A stretch of 64,000 nucleotides of DNA from Meyerozyma guilliermondii (lineage: Eukaryota): contig CP128816.1 in assembly GCA_051546255.1 (NCBI GenBank), forward strand, positions 1,054,001 to 1,118,000, read 5' to 3'. Position 1 is the stretch's first letter. Each line of letters starts with the position of its first letter. Positions 51,701 to 60,908 of this stretch are shown here, piece by piece. The notes under the pieces were generated by a model. The model did not search any database, was not told where the DNA came from, and was given only the letters and a program-made list of their open reading frames with translations. Made by a program: the position numbers and the translations under genes.

Positions 51701-53043
51701 GTACGATGGATCTTTTCCAAAAGTGCTGCATTGACCACAGCAGACATCGCCTCACCTTCGAGGCTCTGGGCCAACCTGTCGACCTCTTGCTCCAACGGAA
51801 CTTGGGTTTGCCTTGTATTATAGAAATAGTCACCCGATGTATTATAACCCACCCCAAAGTGAGCCAGTCCTAAGATGGTGAGCATCAGAAGCAAAAGCTT
51901 GGTTGTTCCAGCATTGTCTTCATGGCCCATGATAGCTAGCATTTTGGTCCTGGGTATTCTTTTGACGGTTTGGATAACTAGAATGAACACTTTGAAAGTA
52001 ATTGAGTGCTGTAAACGTGTAAGAAATGAATCTGGAAGGGCAAATCCGCCATGCAATTCAATAGTGTGTTTGAACGACTCAGAACGAAGAAGCTTGTGTA
52101 CCTCCGCAAACTGTGAGTCTTTGAGTAGCACAAGATATGTCATAATTTGGTTTGTGGAGCTGGTGTTGCTATAGAGATCGGCAAGTTTATCATCCAAATG
52201 TAAGGCAACCGAGAATGGTCTCATCATCGAAACGCTCAATCCATGAGCAAGAAGAAGTGGTTCTTTCAATGAGAAACCATCAAGTTCCATACAATTATAA
52301 GGATGGATTATGCTGGACGACTCTGACACCAGGGTGAATTCTTCAAGAAACTTTTCCACCATTCCCTGGCTGAAAGAAACTAAAGTTGACATCCACCGCA
52401 ATAACCAATAGCACCGTATTTCCCGTTCAGCATCTTCCGTTAAAAGCAGACGTTTCTTGTTGTAAAAATAGTTAGCCCGCTTGAGATACGTCTCGAGATT
52501 CTTATGTGGAGAGATGGTTATAGGGACATCATTTGAAACTTCGTCCTCCACGTCTTCAAACCATACGTGCTTGTACACAGATATCACATACGAAAATAAA
52601 AGATATTGAAGATACTTGTGATTTGTGATCTGTTCTGTGGTTGTGGGATCAGTAGAAAACCCAGCAGAGGATCCGTAGCTTTGCAAAAGCGTAAGGGCTT
52701 GGCCGAAACGGTTCTGAATCGTGTAAATCGAGAGTAATTCCATTGTGCAATTATAGGTTTCTGAGGGCGATTGACTATTGAGAAGTACACCATAGAGTGA
52801 ATCTGAGCGAGTTTCCGCTTTGGAAGCCGTATGATCGAGCCAATGTGTGGAATATTTGGTGGTGATTTGATTTTGTTTCAAGTAGTCCACCAACATATGA
52901 GCTTGTGGGTTCACCAGATGATAGTGATCCATGATATCTAGGGCTTGTGTGGCCAAGGAGATCCGTGCGGACTTGCAGGAGTCATCGCTACCTATCGTAG
53001 AAACGAATTGGTGGCACAATATGGGACAGGCTAGGAATGACAT
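51697..53043 (-). CDS. Divergent PCI-domain protein, possibly COP9 signalosome subunit 1 (CSN1/RPN7 family)
   Basis: All-helical long ORF; HWLDHTASKA...L...L and MEL..IY....FGQAL recall the CSN1 N-terminal helices; PCI-like C-terminus. ATG at 53043. Confidence 0.5.
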   Translation of the reverse strand: MSFLACPILCHQFVSTIGSDDSCKSARISLATQALDIMDHYHLVNPQAHMLVDYLKQNQITTKYSTHWLDHTASKAETRSDSLYGVLLNSQSPSETYNCTMELLSIYTIQNRFGQALTLLQSYGSSAGFSTDPTTTEQITNHKYLQYLLFSYVISVYKHVWFEDVEDEVSNDVPITISPHKNLETYLKRANYFYNKKRLLLTEDAEREIRCYWLLRWMSTLVSFSQGMVEKFLEEFTLVSESSSIIHPYNCMELDGFSLKEPLLLAHGLSVSMMRPFSVALHLDDKLADLYSNTSSTNQIMTYLVLLKDSQFAEVHKLLRSESFKHTIELHGGFALPDSFLTRLQHSITFKVFILVIQTVKRIPRTKMLAIMGHEDNAGTTKLLLLMLTILGLAHFGVGYNTSGDYFYNTRQTQVPLEQEVDRLAQSLEGEAMSAVVNAALLEKIHRT

Positions 53044-53147
53044 TGATTGTAAAAAATGAGAATTTCGCAGATAAATAACGTAAAGTGCCAAAATTGTGAA
53101 TTATGCATTATCGTATCTTCGTAAATTATATAGAATGATGGTCCAGC

Positions 53148-53615
53148 CTATAGTATTATGGAACTCGTCAGATATCCCATACATACGAGAAACACAGTTC
53201 CCACTGCGCTCCAAGTAAAGGGAATCCAAGTACTCATGGTAAGTGAACCAGCATGATAAATAGCCTGTAGAAGCAATCCTATGACGGCTCCGCTAGCAAG
53301 GCCCTGCACCAAACCTATCACTAGGTATGTGACAAATATCAGCACGGCCCAAAAAACATTGAGCTTATAGGCGGAAATTTTGTGTCGATACAAGCTGAAA
53401 TTTTGATTGAAGATTGCCATGGTTGCAGCTATCGCATGTATTCCTCCAAACAAAATCAAGAACCAGAACACGGTGAACTTCCATACATCATACAGGTAGT
53501 ACAAGAACAGTCGTTGGTACTGAGCGGTTTGTGAGCCTAAGGGCCAATATAGTGATGGGAATTTAGGTGTTGTGTATCCCACAGGAGCATCGAGGGAACT
53601 AACGAATATTTTCAT
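53148..53615 (-). CDS. TMEM170-family membrane protein (MAY24/YPR153W-like)
   Basis: GYTTPKFPSLYWP, LYY(S)YDVWKFTVFW, GAVIGLLL..IY.AG.LTMSTWIPF. Confidence 0.78.
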   Translation of the reverse strand: MKIFVSSLDAPVGYTTPKFPSLYWPLGSQTAQYQRLFLYYLYDVWKFTVFWFLILFGGIHAIAATMAIFNQNFSLYRHKISAYKLNVFWAVLIFVTYLVIGLVQGLASGAVIGLLLQAIYHAGSLTMSTWIPFTWSAVGTVFLVCMGYLTSSIIL

Positions 53616-53955
53616 GGCAGAAAGCTGAACTTTTCAAGCTTTACTGAGACCAACGGGAGACAACAAAGACAATTGGTTGTTTCTAAAAATGTTGAAAAGT
53701 CTCAAAGACGATGTTCAATTCACTTCAGGTGAAAGCAGTTCAACCCAAATCAGACCAAAAGCTGTGAAAATAACAGACAGCACTCGCAGACCACTCCTAA
53801 ACACAAAATACTTGTAAAAATGGAACAAACGACTTTTCCCGTGCTCCTTCTAGAATGAATATATTTCCAAACCTGCGGTTCAAAATCCAAACTTGCAACC
53901 GCACTTGGTCCTGGCGGTACGCGCACGCCTACTATAGGGAAGTCGCACCGAGTCG

Positions 53956-53963
53956 TCGCCACC
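53956..53963 (-). promoter_or_regulatory. Rpn4 (PACE)-like element upstream of PRE9
   Basis: GGTGGCGA on the minus strand, about 40 nt upstream of a proteasome gene. Confidence 0.5.
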
Positions 53964-54000
53964 ACTGTCTTTACTACCGTTACCAAATAGCTGCCCAAGT

Positions 54001-54804
54001 ATGTCTAGAAGGTACGACTCCAGAACGACCATCTTCTCACCCGAGGGAAGACTCTACCAGGTCGAATATGCTCAGGAAGCCATTTCCTTGGCGGGAACTG
54101 CCATTGGTATTTTGGCAAAAGACGGCGTTGTGTTAGCTTGTGAGAAGAAATTCACGTCCAAATTGTTAGATGACGATGGATCCGCAGAGAAATTGTACGC
54201 ACTTAACGATAACATGATTGCTGCTGTCGCAGGAATGACCGCCGATGCTTCTATCTTGGTCAACCATGCGCGGTACGCTGCCCAGAAATACCTCAAGACC
54301 TACAATGAACAGATGCCATGTGAGATGTTGATCAAACGAGTATGTGACATCAAGCAGGGATACACTCAACATGGAGGATTGCGTCCGTTCGGTGTAAGTT
54401 TCCTTTACGCTGGTTATGATGACAAGTACCAATTCCAGCTCTTCACTTCCAACCCATCCGGTAACTATTCTGGATGGAGAGCCACCAGTATTGGAGCCAA
54501 CAACTCTGCAGCGCAAACGTTGTTGAAGAAGGACTACAAGGACGATTTGTCGTTGGAAGAGGCATGTCAGCTAGCAGTGAAGGTGTTACTGAAGACCATG
54601 GATAGCCAGAACTTGAACGGTGAGAAGTTGGAATTTGCAACTTTGTCGTTGAATAAAGCTGAGAGTGCACCCGAGTCTACGGGAAATGAAGCTACTCGAG
54701 GACCTGCCACCGATGAAGTGACGCATAGAATCTGGAGAGAACAAGAAATCGACGAGCTCATCAAGAAGCTGGGGGTTTTAGACGAGAAGAAGGAGGAGGA
54801 GTAG
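54001..54804 (+). CDS. PRE9: 20S proteasome subunit alpha 3
   Basis: [49 protein letters not shown]. Confidence 0.97.
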   Translation: MSRRYDSRTTIFSPEGRLYQVEYAQEAISLAGTAIGILAKDGVVLACEKKFTSKLLDDDGSAEKLYALNDNMIAAVAGMTADASILVNHARYAAQKYLKTYNEQMPCEMLIKRVCDIKQGYTQHGGLRPFGVSFLYAGYDDKYQFQLFTSNPSGNYSGWRATSIGANNSAAQTLLKKDYKDDLSLEEACQLAVKVLLKTMDSQNLNGEKLEFATLSLNKAESAPESTGNEATRGPATDEVTHRIWREQEIDELIKKLGVLDEKKEEE

Positions 54805-54991
54805 AAGAGTGATCTGAGCATGAAATGACGGAGAAAGATACATACTGTAATGGTAGCATATTTGATAATTGTAGTGCGGCGACAAAGTTGCGAATTCGCA
54901 AATCTTGATTGCGAACTCTACTTCGCTCAGATTAACACAGGGATCATTATAGATTTGGACATCACATTCAACTCCATACACTTCACTTGTT

Positions 54992-56776
54992 ATGTCGGAC
55001 CCTTTATCGGCTCGAATTGCTGAACTCTTTAGCCAGTTGCATTCCTTGACAAATGAGTTTGTATCGGCCGATGTCGAATCGTCCCAATTGGATGCAACGT
55101 CTCGTTCAGTACTTCAAAAGCTATACAGCCTTCTAGGCATTGAGCTGGGAAGCGTTGCATTGTCAAATATCGACATTGCTAAACTATTGGAGATTTCTGA
55201 TACTGTGGCTAATGAACAAGGATTCTTACAAAATGACACTGTCACGTCCCTCGTAAACTATTACCTGCTTCTTTTGGTTTACAGCCATTTATCTCGGACA
55301 TTTATTTCACGGACACTAGATTCGCTGAATCAATTGAGTTATTGGGACGGACTCCATTATTCCACATCCAGTAAAATGTTGTATTTTTTGCAAACTTCTC
55401 CAGCACGACTCATGACTACTTGGTCGACTTTTGACCCCAAACCTTTGCGTGTGGAAACACAGGCTCGTTCTTCTGTGGAGGAAGACAATAGTGTTTACCA
55501 TGCCTACGAAGAGATGAGAGATTTTGTTCTCAAAGCCGTTAACAGTATAAAAGCGGCAATCCACAAGGTATCGCCTTCTATGATGCTTGAGAAGCAACTG
55601 GGACCTATAAACATGATTTCAGCTGTCTACCACATTCCATACAGCGTAGCGGCTAAGGATGTTAGAAGGAACCGTCGTGATATTCGTCATCGTATGGATC
55701 GTTACGCACGAACCATAGGCGAGTTGTTGAATACAGTTCCACAAGAAAATCCCCAGTCAATCACAGAGATCAATATTGACAAGTTACTTGGAGCCGCCGA
55801 GTCGATATTGGATATCACCAAAAAAGACGAAAGTGCCTCAAAACGAATTAATAATGTACTTCGTCAATTGGTTGAATTCGAGAAAGAAAGCGACACCAAG
55901 AACACAGCACCTCCCGGATTCTACACTCGTTGGTGGCCCGGGTTGGCATTGGCTATCAACTTTGGACCAGCAGCTGCTTTCAAAGCGTACCATAACTGGC
56001 GGGACATCTTACAGTGGTTTCAGCTCAATTTTGTGGAAACAGTGGTTGGGTTCTGGAACAACTGGGTGATCAAACCTATTTCCAATATGATGAGTGTATT
56101 GCGCCATGATGACGGAAGCGACCTTAGTATCACCACAAAAGAGTCGTTACAATCTGACCTTGATCTGTTGGAAAGAATGGTGGTCGACTATGTGGTGGAC
56201 TACGAAAAGAAAGACGGAGCTCAGGTTCAGCAAGAAATTCATCATGCCATCACCAATGGAAATCTCACCATGTTAATGCTGAGATACGAGCAAGATTTAC
56301 GCAGTCCATTCAAAGCGGTGATCAAAGGATCGTTAGTACGGGCTCTCCTCATCCAGATCCAGAAAACCAAGGTTGATGGCGCCGTTGCTATTAGTGGCAT
56401 TGACAAGCTTCTCAAATCGCAGCAATTGGTGTTCGGAGTGGTATCGATTTCTCCGTCGTTGGTGATCTTGTATCAAGCTTACCAAGCCTTGAGGAGAATG
56501 CGTAGCCGTCCAGTGAGACTTCATGGCAAGCAGGTGAACATACTCTGTCTCAAGCTGTTAAACAGTATCGAAAAATGGTTGCGATCCACCAAGGACTCCG
56601 AGCTCATCAACGGCCATGTCTTTCTCGAAGTAATTAGACTTCTTCTGTGGACAGACAATGTTATCCCTCACCAGCTACAAGAAGAGTGGAGAAGAGACCT
56701 ACACGAACTCGCCCTGGGCGGGGGAAGAGATACTATGGACAGGGTATGGCGGATGTACGAGCCCTACTTTCGCTAG
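54992..56776 (+). CDS. NCA2: Nuclear control of ATPase protein 2
   Basis: TRWWP, GFWNNWVIKP, SLQSDLD(S)LERMV, YEQDLRSPFK, GSLVRALLIQIQKTKVD..AISGIDKLLKSQQLVFG. Confidence 0.93.
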   Translation: MSDPLSARIAELFSQLHSLTNEFVSADVESSQLDATSRSVLQKLYSLLGIELGSVALSNIDIAKLLEISDTVANEQGFLQNDTVTSLVNYYLLLLVYSHLSRTFISRTLDSLNQLSYWDGLHYSTSSKMLYFLQTSPARLMTTWSTFDPKPLRVETQARSSVEEDNSVYHAYEEMRDFVLKAVNSIKAAIHKVSPSMMLEKQLGPINMISAVYHIPYSVAAKDVRRNRRDIRHRMDRYARTIGELLNTVPQENPQSITEINIDKLLGAAESILDITKKDESASKRINNVLRQLVEFEKESDTKNTAPPGFYTRWWPGLALAINFGPAAAFKAYHNWRDILQWFQLNFVETVVGFWNNWVIKPISNMMSVLRHDDGSDLSITTKESLQSDLDLLERMVVDYVVDYEKKDGAQVQQEIHHAITNGNLTMLMLRYEQDLRSPFKAVIKGSLVRALLIQIQKTKVDGAVAISGIDKLLKSQQLVFGVVSISPSLVILYQAYQALRRMRSRPVRLHGKQVNILCLKLLNSIEKWLRSTKDSELINGHVFLEVIRLLLWTDNVIPHQLQEEWRRDLHELALGGGRDTMDRVWRMYEPYFR

Positions 56777-57304
56777 GTTTGGATGCAAAGCCGCAGTGGG
56801 CCAAAAATAAGCGGTTACCGCCGCACGGCAATTTTGCCGAGGAGGGGAACGCCTCAGCCTAGAACTTGAAGTTGGTCACCAATGTAGAATGCGGCATTGA
56901 AATAGCAAAGTAATCGAGCGCACTGAAAAGCCACCTTTAGTCTCAGTGCTCTACCCCTCATTACACCCACTGCACCGGCAACTAAGATGAGTGTCCGCTC
57001 CCCCGCAATTGTGTCCCCCACGCTTGCAGTTGCGACCGGGGTTAGACATTAGGCGGGTCCAACTATGAAGGCAGTCCCCACCCACCTTTGAAGAAATTTT
57101 AGCTTTATCAAAGGTACGGTCGCAATTGACAACGGATGACCAACCACAAAAATCCAGCCTTGAAATCCAGTTTTTGCGGGGAAGAAGGTGACACAAAGGT
57201 TCCGCGCATCGCAGAGGAGGGGAGCGGCGGCGGGGGAGGTCCGAATATAATATGGAACTTGGCCAATTGTCGTCCCCGCGAAATCCAAAAATTTCTTCCT
57301 ATTG

Positions 57305-58126
57305 ATGAACGAACCCCCTTCTATCGTCGACATAGCTGCCCATAGAGTCAGCCACTCATCGATACGGTCTCACAAAACAAGTGATCTTCCTATGCCCGAA
57401 AAGAGCCCCAGAACAGGGTTCCATCATATTCAGCCGCTTGTTCCAAGTGCAATTGGACCAGTTTCAGCGGTCGACGACAACAAATTTACACCCCGAGAGA
57501 ACGTTTCTGGCAAGTCCTCAATAGTACGCAACAGATCTGCTTCAGAAACTGCCATTCGAGCCAAAAATGACTCCATTCTGGAAACCTCCACCGGCTCCGA
57601 GGCGCCTCCAACTCCAACTGTCGGGTCCATAAGCGACGAAGAAGAGTATCTGGCCAAATATGGCACGAAAACAGCGTCGGGAAACTCCCGGATCTATAAT
57701 TGCAAACAGTGCAATCGAGCGTTTACTCGCGAAGAACATCTCACTCGTCATACACTTTCTACACATAACAAACTCAAACCATTTGTGTGCGGGATCTGCT
57801 CACGCCCGTTCTCTCGACGAGACTTGCTTCTTCGGCACGCCAAGAATCTCCATCAGGGATCGGAGTTGGCAGTGAATAGAATTCGCAAGCTGTACAAGCG
57901 GTCCAAGAGAGGTGAAGATAGTGACGAAGATGACGAAGATGACGAAGAAACCGAGGAAAATACTACCGCCACTGAAGACCAGTTCGAATACAAAAAGACC
58001 TCTGTGGAACCCGGTGAAGACGAAGGGCTGGCTTCTTTCGCATCACCGCTTCCAATCGATGCAAAACCTTATAATACCCCAGACAAGAAACGGATGAAGA
58101 TGTCCGTGAATATGTTGGTAAGTTAA
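57305..58126 (+). CDS. C2H2 zinc-finger transcription factor with Adr1/Rsf2-type finger pair
   Basis: CKQCNRAFTREEHLTRH..STH-KLKPFVCGICSRPFSRRDLLLRHAKNLH; acidic tract. Start uncertain (57305 or 57392). Confidence 0.85.
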   Translation: MNEPPSIVDIAAHRVSHSSIRSHKTSDLPMPEKSPRTGFHHIQPLVPSAIGPVSAVDDNKFTPRENVSGKSSIVRNRSASETAIRAKNDSILETSTGSEAPPTPTVGSISDEEEYLAKYGTKTASGNSRIYNCKQCNRAFTREEHLTRHTLSTHNKLKPFVCGICSRPFSRRDLLLRHAKNLHQGSELAVNRIRKLYKRSKRGEDSDEDDEDDEETEENTTATEDQFEYKKTSVEPGEDEGLASFASPLPIDAKPYNTPDKKRMKMSVNMLVS

Positions 58127-58298
58127 TGATTCATGAGTAGACAAGTCAAATATCTATTGTAGACAAGTAAAAGTCTAAACAAGTCAAAATTAAAACAAGT
58201 CTGGAAATATCTCGCTCATTTCTCACTATTTCTCTCATTATTTTATTGATTCTCAAATTTCACTGTCTCACTTTCAGGCTCACCAGTCTCACCCTGCT

Positions 58299-59513
58299 AT
58301 GGAACCATGGCTTCTCCATCCTATACCCTACGGACAATGGTTTCTCGTGGTCACAGACAACGCCAAACACTTCTACTACAACCAGGAAACAAATAAATCG
58401 TATTGGCAGCTCAGCGATGTGTTTGAAGATACTACCATCAGCAAAGACGAGTTCTTGAAATGTTTGAATTTTGATCAAGTGGCAGTCCTTATGGCCAAGA
58501 TTCGGGGATTGAAGGTGGATGATGGACCCAAGGCAAATAAATCAAGAGCAGTTAACAAAAGTCCAGAAACGAATCTCCCCAGCCAAGGTGAAAATCACAA
58601 CGAAAGTGTCAACGAAGAAGTCATTACTCAAAGCAACAAGGAAAGTGACAACGAGAGCAACGAGGACTGGGAATCTGGGTCTTCAAGCTCTCAAAATGAC
58701 CAAGAATCCACAGAAGCATTGGTACGTGGTTTTCTTCAAGAAGAAGGAATAGCTGCAAAACCAAGCTTATTGGAGGGTTACGGTTCTGAAGACGACTCTG
58801 ACTCTGACTCTGAAGAGCTGGATACACTAGATCTTGACCTCAATTTGCCCGTGGCTGACCGTGAACAGTTCCTTGAAATGCTCTCTTCGCTTGGTGATAA
58901 AATCGATAAGATGGACCCGTGGTTTCTTGTCAAAGAGGAACTTGCTGGAGACTTTGCTCAAGACAGTCGTTACTTTTCAGTTACGGATGAGAACCAAAGA
59001 GAACAACTTTATAATGAATGGGTACAAGAAAATGTATCTGAGAATGAACCTACTGAGGATAGTTCATATCCTTCACAAGCCCAGTCTTTTTTCAGCCTTC
59101 TACTGCAGCACAAGAAGGCAATCAAGAAACTACATTACCAGGAGTTTCTACTGGAACATCCCGAGTTGACAGATTTGCACCTACCGTCCAAATTAATGGA
59201 GTCACTTTTCCGCCAATTCAAAGTCATGTTACTGGACCAAGAAGAGTACGAAAGAACCACAAAAAAGAAGCCAGAATATGACCCAGCAACTAATCTCAAG
59301 CGGGAAAGGTTACTACGCTTTTTGCAGGATTCCAAATTCGAACCAGCGGCCATCAATCTACAAGATATTACTGGCACCACTGATTTTGAAAAATGGATAT
59401 CGCTATGCAAACTTGCAAATATACCAGAACGAATCTACGACAGCCCATACAACTTTGTGGTGGGCGACGAAAAGAGGTGGGAGGTGTATCAACTGTGGAT
59501 ATTGGAGCAATAG
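58299..59513 (+). CDS. WW/FF-domain spliceosome-associated protein (URN1/TCERG1-like)
   Basis: WW-like WFLVVTDNAKHFYYNQETNKSYW; FF-like FLEML...DPW...DSRYF...REQLYNEW; position near NCA2 and MAY24-like genes. Confidence 0.72.
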   Translation: MEPWLLHPIPYGQWFLVVTDNAKHFYYNQETNKSYWQLSDVFEDTTISKDEFLKCLNFDQVAVLMAKIRGLKVDDGPKANKSRAVNKSPETNLPSQGENHNESVNEEVITQSNKESDNESNEDWESGSSSSQNDQESTEALVRGFLQEEGIAAKPSLLEGYGSEDDSDSDSEELDTLDLDLNLPVADREQFLEMLSSLGDKIDKMDPWFLVKEELAGDFAQDSRYFSVTDENQREQLYNEWVQENVSENEPTEDSSYPSQAQSFFSLLLQHKKAIKKLHYQEFLLEHPELTDLHLPSKLMESLFRQFKVMLLDQEEYERTTKKKPEYDPATNLKRERLLRFLQDSKFEPAAINLQDITGTTDFEKWISLCKLANIPERIYDSPYNFVVGDEKRWEVYQLWILEQ

Positions 59514-59592
59514 TATCTCTATGCACTTACCCCATACATCCTATCACCCGCGATGAGGTTCAGCGACAACCCAATTTACTCTTCTTCTACCA

Positions 59593-60891
59593 ATGACCAG
59601 AGTTGTCATCACCGGCTTGGGGATGGTGTCGCCCCTCGGAGTAGGCACCAAGCACTGTTGGACCCGTCTTATGGCCAATGAAAGTGGATTGGTTTCGACT
59701 CGAATATTTCCAGATTACGATGAATCCTGGAGCAAAATACCATCTCAAGTGGTAGGAAAAGTGCCTAGTGGTCTGCTTAAGGACGGATGCTGGGACCCAG
59801 CCGATCATCCTCTGGTTTCTGATGCTCGAAGAGTGGCACTTTTTACTCAGTATGCATTGGCAGCTACACAAGAAGCACTCGACGACGCCAAATGGACATC
59901 CAATGGAAACGCCGATAATGTGGGAGTTGCCATTGGCAGCGGAATTGGTTCATTTCACGATATTTATGATAACTCAATTGCATTTTCCAACGGAGGTTAC
60001 CGAAAGGTGCAACCGTTGTTCATTCCAAAATTACTCACCAATATGGCAGCTGGAAATGTTTCCATGAAATTTGGCTTACGAGGTCCTAATCATACCGTAT
60101 CCACGGCCTGTGCTACGGGACTAAATGCCATTGGTGATGCCTACAATTTCATAAGAAACGGTTACGCCGACGCAATGGTGGCTGGTGCTACAGAATCTCT
60201 GGTCCACCCTCTCGCTCTCGCCGGCTTTGCTCGTGCTCGATCTGTGGTTACAAACTACAACGATGAGCCAGAAAAAGCTAGTCGTCCATTTGATGGCGCC
60301 AGAAATGGATTTGTGCTCGGAGAGGGCTGCGGAATCTTGATGATAGAATCGCTTGAACATGCTCTTAATCGTGGAGTAGACCCTTCCTCGATATATGCCG
60401 AGATCTTGGGCTATGGCCTTGCTGGTGATGCCCATCACATTACTGCTCCGCCTGAGGATGGAAATGGTGCCTATCGAGCCATGAAAATGGCACTAAAAAT
60501 GGCGGATACCCAACCAGAAGAAATAAACTATGTTAATGCTCACGCAACTTCCACCGTTATAGGTGACCGTTCAGAGATCCGAGCAATCCAAAAAGCACTT
60601 CACGAAACTCCTGGAGTTGCTGTGTCATCTACCAAGTCGTCCACTGGCCATCTTCTTGGAGCAGCTGGAGCCGTGGAGCTGATATTCACGATTTTATCGG
60701 TCAAAAATAATGCTGTACCTGCTACACTTAACCTAGATAATGCGGGACACCATGCTGATGACGACGCTCAAGACTTTAGCCTAGATCTTGTCCCCAACAT
60801 ATCGAAAGAAATGCCCGTCAACAAGGCTTTATGCAACTCATTTGGATTTGGAGGTGTGAATACGAGTATCTGCTATGGTAAATTTAAATAA
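59593..60891 (+). CDS. CEM1: Mitochondrial beta-ketoacyl-ACP synthase
   Basis: RVVITGLG, STACATG, SRPFD, GFVLGEG, NAHATST, KSSTGHLLGAAG, NSFGFGG. Confidence 0.95.
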   Translation: MTRVVITGLGMVSPLGVGTKHCWTRLMANESGLVSTRIFPDYDESWSKIPSQVVGKVPSGLLKDGCWDPADHPLVSDARRVALFTQYALAATQEALDDAKWTSNGNADNVGVAIGSGIGSFHDIYDNSIAFSNGGYRKVQPLFIPKLLTNMAAGNVSMKFGLRGPNHTVSTACATGLNAIGDAYNFIRNGYADAMVAGATESLVHPLALAGFARARSVVTNYNDEPEKASRPFDGARNGFVLGEGCGILMIESLEHALNRGVDPSSIYAEILGYGLAGDAHHITAPPEDGNGAYRAMKMALKMADTQPEEINYVNAHATSTVIGDRSEIRAIQKALHETPGVAVSSTKSSTGHLLGAAGAVELIFTILSVKNNAVPATLNLDNAGHHADDDAQDFSLDLVPNISKEMPVNKALCNSFGFGGVNTSICYGKFK

Positions 60892-60908
60892 TTTTACATA
60901 TACATAAA

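Noticed and set aside
57136..57345. 69-aa ORF overlapping the zinc-finger gene start
   Set aside because: Runs through G-rich promoter motifs and a TATA-like element; no coding signature
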